DNA of 64,000 bases, taken from assembly GCA_963754875.1 (NCBI GenBank), contig CAVWHO010000021.1, positions 160,001 to 224,000 on the forward strand, given 5' to 3'. A program made the position numbers and the translations under genes. This document shows positions 45,366-53,615 of this stretch, one piece after another. The notes under the pieces are model-generated. The model was not told the DNA's origin. It saw only the letters and a program-made list of their open reading frames with translations, and searched no databases. The first letter of the stretch is position 1, and each line of letters begins with the position of its first letter. The stretch is from Nitrospirota bacterium. GTDB lineage: Bacteria > Nitrospirota > UBA9217.

Positions 45366-45422
45366 TGAGAACGCGGAGTTAAGGCGGCGCCGAAGGCGTC
45401 CGCCTTAAACGAATTGTTATGT
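45366..45422 (-). other. Integron attC site (degenerate R')
   Basis: ACATAAC-5nt-GTTTAAGG...CCTTAAC-5nt-GTTCTCA. Confidence 0.8.
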
Positions 45423-45434
45423 GCCCGGCGCATG

Positions 45435-45884
45435 TTATCCGCGGCGTACGGCCAAAAACACGCCGACCGACATCAGAATGAGACCGATAGACCTCTGAAA
45501 AGTGATGGCATGCGTTGGAGCACCCAACAGCCCGAATTGATCTATGGCCGCCATGGATATGAGCTGGCCTAGAAGTACAAAAGCCACAGCATTTCCGACA
45601 CCGAATTGTGGGGCTACCCAGGTGACGCTGAGGACGTAAAAGGCTACGAACACACCGCCTAAGTAGAAATAGAACGGCAGCGATGTTTTCGGGAATGGCC
45701 TCAGGCCACCCTCTACAGCGAAAAGGAAAGCAACCGAAATAGACAGCGCGACCAGAAACAAGACAGAGGCGGCGAACGCTGGGCTTCCGTACTTGGTGCC
45801 CAACGTTGCGCTTAGCGCCGCCATAACAGGGATACCAATGCCTGTAGCAAGCATGAGACATGCGAAGAAAAGTTGGTTTGCCAT
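45435..45884 (-). CDS. DMT-superfamily (YdcZ-like) transporter, gene cassette
   Basis: Five hydrophobic segments, YLGGVFVAFY, GQLISMAAIDQFGLLG; between two attC sites. Confidence 0.85.
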   Translation of the reverse strand: MANQLFFACLMLATGIGIPVMAALSATLGTKYGSPAFAASVLFLVALSISVAFLFAVEGGLRPFPKTSLPFYFYLGGVFVAFYVLSVTWVAPQFGVGNAVAFVLLGQLISMAAIDQFGLLGAPTHAITFQRSIGLILMSVGVFLAVRRG

Positions 45885-45912
45885 TAGCTAGGGCCTCTCG
45901 GGTTAGAAGGGT

Positions 45913-45970
45913 GCACAACGCTGGAGTTCAGCTGCTAGCGAAGCGAGTCCGCTGCAACGACGGGTTAGGC
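45913..45970 (-). other. Integron attC site
   Basis: GCCTAAC-5nt-GTTGCAGC...GCTGAAC-6nt-GTTGTGC, with extrahelical G. Confidence 0.9.
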
Positions 45971-46036
45971 GGCACGAATTCGCATACCACGTACAACACC
46001 GCCAAGTCACCGCTGGCGGCCCTATAGAAGGAATGG

Positions 46037-46584
46037 CTACCTTCTCGGCTCATACCGCATCGCGACCGCCCCCGAGCCGAACTCCAGCCGGCTCACGAGC
46101 TTCAAGTCGATACGTTTCGATAGCCCCGCGAACAACGTCGGCCCATGGCCCGCTAGCCTGGGCTGCACCACGAACTCGTACTCATCGATCAATCCCAGCT
46201 CAGCCAACGCCATCGGGAGCTTCACGTCTCCCAGGAACAGTCCCTTACCCGATTTCTGCGTGAGCTGCTGAACGGCCTTCCCCAGATCCCACGCACGAAT
46301 TCCGCGTTCCAATCGACCCGGTCCAAGGTGCTCGACACGACGTACTTCTTTGCCGCGTCAATCGTCCGGGCGAAGGGTTCCATCCAATCGGGCATCTCTC
46401 CCGTCCGCGCCGGCGACCGAAACGCTGCCTCCATCATTTCATAAGTCACCCGGCCAAAAAGGAGGGCATCGGCCCGGTTGAGGTTCTCGACCGCGTGACG
46501 ATGCAACTCTTCGTCCGCGAATATTTCCCGGTGATCGCAGCACCCGTCCAGTGTGACGTTGATGGAATACCGAAGGGGTCGCAT
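46037..46584 (-). CDS. Dihydrofolate reductase/RibD C-terminal family protein, gene cassette (frameshift near 46295)
   Basis: SINVTLDG, LLFGRVTYEMM, KKYVVSSTL, LIDEYEFVVQPRLAGHGPTLF. Confidence 0.88.
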
Positions 46585-47020
46585 TATGTAAGAGTACCTC
46601 TAATCATAGGGCAGCCTAATGTTATTATCGGTTCGGAAATACAGTAGCATAGATCGCAAACACGGTCAATGAATTTGGGAAAAAATCGTCACATCTACAT
46701 GTATTTATTAGAATATGACCAACTGACTAATATTCAATTTACGGAATAGCTTTCAACAGGTGGCTAATATGCAAATATGGAATAGTCTTTTGAGGGAAAG
46801 GTCGATCCAACCCGCATCCCAGCGAAGTCAATCCACGGGCTTGGGTATTAAGCGGAGTATCATCTGTCGTTTAATTCTGGATGTAACTTTGATTATTGAG
46901 AGGCTTGTAAACTCCAACAGTTCAGGAAGTTAATCGCACTTCAATTATCAACGAGAACTATTACCTTACTGCTGTGCAGCAAAATAAATACGGAGACATG
47001 CGAAGGGGCAAGTCGAAATG

Positions 47021-47416
47021 TCATGTTCGTAAGCAACCTTCCTGTTTCAGCCATGCAAGTGCATCTTCTTTGCGCCGAAACACTTGCGATTTCCACGTGG
47101 ACGTGTCCGTGTGAGTCAGCCACATGCGCACCATCCCGAAGATATTGTCAGTGGGTGCAACTATGGCGAGTGTGATCGAGGGAAGAAGGCGGGCAATCTC
47201 ATTGTTAAGTGCTGCGTTCCTTGCAATCTCACTGCTGGAAGCAGTAAATTCCGTAACGTCTGTTAGATCAGCCAGGCCATACTTGGGCGTCAGTCCTTCC
47301 TGAACAAGTTTAAGCACAGTTGATGCGCTGGTCATTAAGTCATTTCCACTTACTGTACCACTCCCAATGTGAAGGATACCAGTACCATTATTGATAACTT
47401 CAGTGGTGTAAGACAT
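47021..47416 (-). CDS. Hypothetical protein (STAS/SEC14-like)
   Basis: 131-aa ORF; LAIVAPTDNIFGMVRMW...VFRRKEDALAWL. Confidence 0.65.
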   Translation of the reverse strand: MSYTTEVINNGTGILHIGSGTVSGNDLMTSASTVLKLVQEGLTPKYGLADLTDVTEFTASSSEIARNAALNNEIARLLPSITLAIVAPTDNIFGMVRMWLTHTDTSTWKSQVFRRKEDALAWLKQEGCLRT

Positions 47417-48022
47417 GTAGATTCCCTTGTAGTATTGTTTTATTGCGAGGAGTATAGCTGAATCAGGGTATCAGGTAAAGACAAAGATTCGATATGTACT
47501 GTGCAATTTCGATAAATCGATACTGCTGCGAAGTTCAGGAAGTACTTCGCGAGTTATTATGAATCGAAATAATTGCACTTTTCAATCTGAATTTAGTATC
47601 TAGAGGCAATGATTCTAACTGCAGTATGCTATATCACTTCCCGTGAAGCAAATCCATCAATCGGATTGCTTCGTATGTTTGGTTTTGCCAAGGTATACTC
47701 GAGTCGTTTTGAGATCTTGGTGTCTCAATATCACTTTTGAAACGACGCCGCATTGGACCTCGCAGATCGCATACTCCCTCTATGCCATGCATCTCGTTTA
47801 TGCACCCGTGGAACATCGGTGAATTGAATACGGTCATCGACAATCGTTTAATAAAATACTTTATTTTTGGCCACAAAGAAATATATAAGTACTTTTGTTT
47901 TTAAACCTGGGAGAAAGGCCTGAGGTGTATGCATTTTGACTGCAATAAGGTACCAAAATGCGGCATTTTGCGGAGCTCTATGGAAATCATAAACTCGGAA
48001 GTTTGTGAAATGCTTGATAAAA

Positions 48023-48097
48023 TGGAGCCGGCGATCCGGGTTGAACGGACGACCTGCTGATTACGAATCAGCTGCTCTACCACTGAGCTACGCCGGC
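48023..48097 (-). tRNA. tRNA-Thr(CGT)
   Basis: GCCGGCG TAGCTCAGTGGTAGAGC A GCTGA TTCGTAA TCAGC AGGTC GTCCG TTCAACC CGGAT CGCCGGC T CCA. Confidence 0.96.
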
Positions 48098-48278
48098 GTA
48101 TCGAAGCAAAGCCATGAAAAAAGAGACGGTTGGTTATACCTTATTCCTGCTTTCGGTGTCAAGAAAATCTTTTCCGTTGAACGCTTCAATGCGATGAACT
48201 GTCCTGTTGCAGGCTTGTCGGTTCGTCGGTATTCCTTCTTGACAACGAGCGGACTTGCCAGCCTGATGAAATGTCTTT

Positions 48279-49658
48279 TTATATAATACCGAACCGCTTC
48301 ATTCTCCGCCGGAACGCGTCCCGCGGCATTTTTAAAAGCTGGGCAGCCTTAGTCTGGTTACCGCCGGCAATATCGAGCGCTTTGTGTACCAGGGCATTTT
48401 CCACATCTTCGATCGACAACCCCGTGTCGGGGATGACAAACCCGTCGAGGGAGACCGGGGTAGTTGACGGCGCCGATGCAGCAGATCTCGCTTCCAAAAT
48501 ATCTCGGGACAAATGCTCGGGGAGGATCTCGTTGTCGATGTCGAGGATCATCGCCCGTTCTATGACATTCTTCAGTTCTCTCACATTCCCGGGCCAGTAG
48601 TGAGAAAGGAGAATTTGCTCCGCTTCTTTTGAGATCCCGCGTACGTTTTTATGGCACTCCCGGTTGAAATACTCGATAAAGTGGTTCGCCAGCAGCAAAA
48701 TATCCCGGCCCCGTTCCCTGAGGGACGGCAAAAAGATCGGCACTACCTGCAGCCGATAATACAAATCTTTCCGGAATTGTCCTTCATTCATTGCTTTCAC
48801 CAATTCCTGGTTCGTTGCCGATACGACCCGTACATCGACCTTGATGTCTTTCACGCCGCCGACGCGCTTAAAAGTCTTTTCCTCGAGCATGCGGAGCAGT
48901 TTGGCCTGCATGCTCATGTGCATGTCGCCGATTTCATCGAGAAAAACGGTGCCGCCGTCGGCGAGCTCGAAGAGGCCTTTTTTGGAGGCCTTGGCATCTG
49001 TAAATGCGCCCTTCTCGTGTCCCATCATTTCGCTTTCGAGGAGCGTCACGGGAAGAGCTGCGCAGTTGATCGCCATGAACGGTTTTTCCGCCCGGGCGCT
49101 GGTGTAGTGCAGGGCTTTTGCTACCAGTTCTTTTCCTGTTCCGCTCTCCCCCTGGATCAGGACGGTCGTAGCATCGCTCTTGGCGATCTTGCGGATGAGG
49201 TTTTTTAATTTCTCCATTTCGTCGCATTCGCCGATGATCGTGTCGACCGTGCCGCTGGATTCCTGGCGGAGCCGTTTCACCTGCGTCCTCAGCGAACCGG
49301 CTTCCAAAGCTTTCTTGATCACAAACGTGATTTCTTCGAGATTAAACGGTTTGCTGATATAATCATAGGCGCCGTGCTTCATGGCTTTCACCGCGGTCTC
49401 GACCATGCCGTAGGCAGTAATCATGATGACCATGAGCCCGCGCTCGGGCACATTGAGTTTTTCGAGAAGCTCCAGCCCGGACATTTCCGGAAGACGGTTA
49501 TCGAGCAGGATGAGGTCAGGCGCATCTTCGGTGATAAGTTCCAGCCCCTTCTCTGCGGATTCCGCGGTCGACACGTCGTAGCCCTCTTTTACCAGATGCT
49601 GTTCCAGCGTCCAGCGGATCAACTTTTCATCGTCAATTACAAGAATTTTCTGTGTCAT
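48279..49658 (-). CDS. Sigma54-dependent (NtrC-family) response regulator
   Basis: Receiver, GESGTGKE, GAFTDA, WPGNVRELKN, Fis HTH. Confidence 0.95.
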   Translation of the reverse strand: MTQKILVIDDEKLIRWTLEQHLVKEGYDVSTAESAEKGLELITEDAPDLILLDNRLPEMSGLELLEKLNVPERGLMVIMITAYGMVETAVKAMKHGAYDYISKPFNLEEITFVIKKALEAGSLRTQVKRLRQESSGTVDTIIGECDEMEKLKNLIRKIAKSDATTVLIQGESGTGKELVAKALHYTSARAEKPFMAINCAALPVTLLESEMMGHEKGAFTDAKASKKGLFELADGGTVFLDEIGDMHMSMQAKLLRMLEEKTFKRVGGVKDIKVDVRVVSATNQELVKAMNEGQFRKDLYYRLQVVPIFLPSLRERGRDILLLANHFIEYFNRECHKNVRGISKEAEQILLSHYWPGNVRELKNVIERAMILDIDNEILPEHLSRDILEARSAASAPSTTPVSLDGFVIPDTGLSIEDVENALVHKALDIAGGNQTKAAQLLKMPRDAFRRRMKRFGII

Positions 49659-49668
49659 GGTGATCCTC

Positions 49669-51147
49669 TTATGCGTTGCCGTTCTGCGGGTACGGTAAAA
49701 TGATGGTAAAGTTCGCTCCCTTTCCGAAAGAGCTCATCACGCTGATCTCGCCGCCGTGCTGTTCGATGATCCTCTGGGTGATAGAAAGGCCGAGGCCCGT
49801 CCCCTGCTGCCGTGTCGTAAAAAATGGGTTGAAGATCCTGCTCAAATTCTCGGAGGAAATGCCCTTTCCCGTATCGGAGAAAATGATCTCAACAGATCCC
49901 GAATTTTCTCCGCCCGGCTTCATCGCTTTCGTCTCGACCGAGAACTTTCCACCTTCCGGCATCGCTTGAATTGCATTCAACGCGATGTTGATCAGCGCCT
50001 GCTGCATCAGGTCCGGATCGAGCGTCAACCACGGCAATCCCGGCGACAGCCGCCGGTCAGCTACGATGGAGTTCTTGGCGAATTGCGGCGCGAGAAAATC
50101 GAGCAGTTTGCTGAGCAGCTCGTTGATGTCCACGAGCGTCATCTTCGGCTCCGGAGGCCTGGCAAAAGACAGCAGGTTCCGCACGGCCTTGTCCATGCGC
50201 TCAACCTGAGAGAGCACCTCATCCAGCACGACCCGTTTCTGATCGCCGACTGCCTGGTCTTTTTTGAGCACCTGGATCACGCCTGCGATGCCGGCCAGCG
50301 GGTTCTTGATCTCATGAGCTATGCCGGCGGCCATCTCTCCGATGGAGGCGAGCCGGTCGGCGCGTTTCATCTGCTCATAATGATACCGCTCCACCCGTCT
50401 GCGCGCCCGCTCCAGCTTCGTCAGGAGCGAATTAAAAGCTTCGCCGAGCCTGCCGATATCGTCCGAGCTCTTTACTTCCACCCGTGCCTCAAGTCCTCGT
50501 TCTGCACGTTCCATGGTGGTGATCAGCTCCTGTATCGGATCGGAAACAAAGCGGGTCAGGAAGAGCGAAAGGGACACGGCCAGGATTGCGGTGATTCCGA
50601 CTGCCCAAAAAAACATCGTCTTGCTGTACTCGTCCAAATCCTTTTGTGCGTGTGCCATGGTCACGTCAACGGCAAGCACTCCGTTCAGTTTGACTTTCGA
50701 GCCGTGGCAGTGAAAGCAGCGTTCCTCGTTCACAATGGGAAACAGTACGGTGAAGGTACCCCCGCCCTCGCGTTTGATCGGTTTCTTGAATTCCTCGTTG
50801 AGAAACCATTTCTCAACGACGGGGTCCACTTTTCTCCCCATCTTCCACCGGTGGGACGATTTCAGAACGACCCCGTGCGGGCTGAAGATCTTTACTTCCT
50901 CGATATTGTGGTACGCACCCACGGCTTCGAGAATGCTCTGGACTTCCTTGCTCTTGCCGGAAATCATGGCATTGGAAAGGCTCCGCTCGATCGTGTTTGA
51001 AATAATGAGCGCGTTATCTTCGAGCGAATGCTCTATCTGCGCGCGCTGATACCCGATGTTGATCCAGGTACCGAGACCGATAGTCACCGCTAGAATGGCA
51101 GAGACAGCGATGATGATCTTGCTCTTGAGGCTCGAGACTATTCTCAC
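49669..51147 (-). CDS. HAMP sensor histidine kinase with periplasmic CxxCH motif
   Basis: Two TM helices, CFHCH, HAMP, AHEIKNPL, HATPase. Confidence 0.93.
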   Translation of the reverse strand: MRIVSSLKSKIIIAVSAILAVTIGLGTWINIGYQRAQIEHSLEDNALIISNTIERSLSNAMISGKSKEVQSILEAVGAYHNIEEVKIFSPHGVVLKSSHRWKMGRKVDPVVEKWFLNEEFKKPIKREGGGTFTVLFPIVNEERCFHCHGSKVKLNGVLAVDVTMAHAQKDLDEYSKTMFFWAVGITAILAVSLSLFLTRFVSDPIQELITTMERAERGLEARVEVKSSDDIGRLGEAFNSLLTKLERARRRVERYHYEQMKRADRLASIGEMAAGIAHEIKNPLAGIAGVIQVLKKDQAVGDQKRVVLDEVLSQVERMDKAVRNLLSFARPPEPKMTLVDINELLSKLLDFLAPQFAKNSIVADRRLSPGLPWLTLDPDLMQQALINIALNAIQAMPEGGKFSVETKAMKPGGENSGSVEIIFSDTGKGISSENLSRIFNPFFTTRQQGTGLGLSITQRIIEQHGGEISVMSSFGKGANFTIILPYPQNGNA

Positions 51148-52082
51148 CGAACGTTCACCTTCCCGATAAGCTCGCGTATACGGCCGACACCTTGTTCAAC
51201 CAGGAAACGCTCCATTCCTTCCAGCACGTCGAGCGTGGCCCGAGGATTTACAAAATTCGCCGTACCCACGGCTACTGCCGAGGCCCCTGCAAGGATGAAT
51301 TCGAGGGCATCGTCTCCCGTCACGATACCGCCCATGCCGATGATTGGAAGGGGTACAGCCTTTGCGGCCTGCCAAACCATGCGGACCGCCACGGGCCTGA
51401 TCGCCGGACCGGACAGACCGCCGGTGCAGTTTGCAAGCCGCGGCCTCCGGCACCGGACGTCGATCGCCATGCCGAGCAGTGTATTGATAAGCGAAAGCCC
51501 GTTGCACCCGGCATCCCGGGCAGCCTTGGCAAACTCCGTCACGTCAGTTACGTTCGGCGAAAGTTTGGCGATAAGCGGCAACTTCGTTACTTTTCGGATT
51601 GCTGAAAGCAGTTCAAAGGTGACCTTCACGTCCGTTCCGAACGCCATGCCTCCTGCTTTCACATTCGGACACGAGATATTCACTTCAATGCCCGATACTC
51701 CCTGCACTCCTTCAAGGCGCTCTGCAACTTGAACGTATTCGTCCAGGCTGTAGCCGAACATGTTCACGATTACTGCGGTATCGAACTTTCTCAAATAGGG
51801 AAGTTTTTCCCTCAGAAATACTTCCACGCCCGGATTTTCGAGTCCAATGGCGTTCAACATGCCTGATGGCGTTTCCCATATGCGCGGCGGCGGGTTGCCC
51901 TTGATCGGGTTCAACGAGATGCCCTTCACGATCACGCCCCCGAGCTTGTTCAGGTCAACGAACTCGGCAAACTCCTCGCCGTATCCGAAAGTCCCGGACG
52001 CTGTGAGAACGGGGTTCCTGAGCTTGATCCCGGCGAAGTCGACCGACAGATCGGGCTTCGTTTTTATTTTTGTCCTTGGCAT
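51144..52082 (-). CDS. pyrD: Dihydroorotate dehydrogenase 1B catalytic subunit
   Basis: ASGTFGYG, NAIGLENPG, NISCPNV, KLSPNVTD. Confidence 0.97.
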   Translation of the reverse strand: MPRTKIKTKPDLSVDFAGIKLRNPVLTASGTFGYGEEFAEFVDLNKLGGVIVKGISLNPIKGNPPPRIWETPSGMLNAIGLENPGVEVFLREKLPYLRKFDTAVIVNMFGYSLDEYVQVAERLEGVQGVSGIEVNISCPNVKAGGMAFGTDVKVTFELLSAIRKVTKLPLIAKLSPNVTDVTEFAKAARDAGCNGLSLINTLLGMAIDVRCRRPRLANCTGGLSGPAIRPVAVRMVWQAAKAVPLPIIGMGGIVTGDDALEFILAGASAVAVGTANFVNPRATLDVLEGMERFLVEQGVGRIRELIGKVNVR

Positions 52083-52112
52083 AATAAATAAAAACCAAAT
52101 TCTAGAACGTTC

Positions 52113-52307
52113 ACCGCAAAGGCGCGAAGAGCGCGAAGGAGACCAGAATCAATCACATCTAATATAAAACCGAACCACAGTTGTTGAAGATTAAAAATAT
52201 TTTTTAATCTTTTTAACCCTTGCGTCCACCCCGCGCTGGCGCAACCGCTGGGTGCTAGGACCCTAAACGCCGCTCGGTTTAGCGGCAGGGCTTCGCACCT
52301 TCGCGGT
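52113..52307. repeat. Palindromic 9-nt-unit repeat with an insert in one arm
   Basis: accgcaaag-gcgcgaaga-gcgcgaag ... cttgcg[~65 nt]cttcgcac-cttcgcggt. Confidence 0.6.
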
Positions 52308-52316
52308 TCAACGCGT

Positions 52317-53138
52317 TCATGATTTTCGATGCGGTACCGGCAACACGACGCGTTCACTCCAGTCGATCTCCTGCGCGTCGAACACCGGGCCTTCCTTGCA
52401 TGCCCGCTTGTACCCGCCTGCCTTCATCGGGATCGAGCAGCCCATACAGGCGCCAAGACCGCAGGCCATGCGCTCTTCCATCGACACATAACAGGGGATC
52501 ACATGCTCGGCCGCGATTCTGCCCACTGCCGCGAGCATGGCGTGAGGACCACAGGCGCAGAGGATAAGATCAGCCTTCTGCTCCATTTTGGTCAGAAACG
52601 CATTCAGGATATCCGTGGTCATCCCTTTGGTTCCCCTGCTTCCATCCTCGGTCGCAATGTGAACCCTGGTACAAGTGTCCCTAAAATTCTTCAGAATGCC
52701 TGCAGGGGGAAGGCATTCCTTGTCCCGGGAGCCGAGGAACAGATGGGAACTGCATCCTACACGCTGCGCCAGAAAATGCAGAGGAGGAAAACCGCTCCCT
52801 CCGGCAACCATGACGAGCGTCGCCTGCTTGTCCGGCAGGGGGAAACCTTTTCCGAGCGGACCGAGCACGCCAAGCTGCTCTCCCGCTTTTCTCCTGGTCA
52901 GCAGAGTTGTGCCCCTGCCGACAACCCGATAGAGGATCTCGATGGATGATTTTGTAGGGACGGAAGAGATGCCGAACGGACGGGCAAGGAGCGGATCAAG
53001 ATTTTCCGACACTCTGAGCATTACGAACTGACCGGGAAGCGCTGTTGATGCAATCTCCGGCGCCTTGAGCACGATGCGATAGTATCCCCTGCCTGCCGAT
53101 TTATGGGAAAGTATGGTCGCCTCGTGCAGCCTATTCAA
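52317..53138 (-). CDS. pyrK: Dihydroorotate dehydrogenase electron transfer subunit
   Basis: [35 protein letters not shown]. Confidence 0.95.
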   Translation of the reverse strand: MNRLHEATILSHKSAGRGYYRIVLKAPEIASTALPGQFVMLRVSENLDPLLARPFGISSVPTKSSIEILYRVVGRGTTLLTRRKAGEQLGVLGPLGKGFPLPDKQATLVMVAGGSGFPPLHFLAQRVGCSSHLFLGSRDKECLPPAGILKNFRDTCTRVHIATEDGSRGTKGMTTDILNAFLTKMEQKADLILCACGPHAMLAAVGRIAAEHVIPCYVSMEERMACGLGACMGCSIPMKAGGYKRACKEGPVFDAQEIDWSERVVLPVPHRKS

Positions 53139-53615
53139 GGGCAATCTCGATCTCCTGTATTTCATATTCCACGGTCTTTGACGGGGTCTTGATCGTGACC
53201 ACGTCGCCGACCTTGTGACCGATGAGCGCCTTGCCCACGGGAGATTGTATCGATATCTTCCCTTTTTTGAGGTCCGCCTCTTCCTGTCCCACGAGCATGT
53301 ACTTTTTCGATATCGCCGGAGTCAGTGTCAGCGAGCGTCACGGTTGCACCGAACACGACCTTTTCATTCGTCAGCTTCGAGACATCGATGATCTGGGCAG
53401 TTCGCGAGTTTGTGCTCCAATTCGCGTTTTTTGGCGTCGAGATGCCCCTGGCGTTCCTTGGCAGCGTGGTACTCGGCATTTTCCGACAGATCGCCGTGCG
53501 CCCGCGCTTCTTCGATGTCCCTGATGTTTTTCCCCCGTTCAACTTTGACGATGTGGTCGAGCTCAGCCTTGAGCTTCTCGTAGCCTTCTTTGGTCATGGG
53601 TATTTTCTGCGTCAT
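53131..53615 (-). CDS. greA: Transcription elongation factor GreA (frameshifted)
   Basis: [24 protein letters not shown] in the next frame. Confidence 0.94.

Larger units (their letters stand above)
37054..48097. mobile_element. ~11 kb decayed genomic island at tRNA-Thr(CGT)
   Basis: Bounded by the tRNA and its duplicated 3' half; filled with IS, TA, cassettes and AT-rich spacers; no intact integrase. Confidence 0.85.

Noticed and set aside
46037..46584. Trimethoprim resistance dfr gene
   Set aside because: Motifs fit the RibD-C/DHFR-like family rather than DfrA/DfrB
46640..46940. intI remnant upstream of the cassettes
   Set aside because: Short plus-strand reading (MQIWNSLLRERS...) shows no integrase motifs
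49756..51000. Long plus-strand ORFs opposite core genes
   Set aside because: Antisense shadows typical of GC-rich coding DNA
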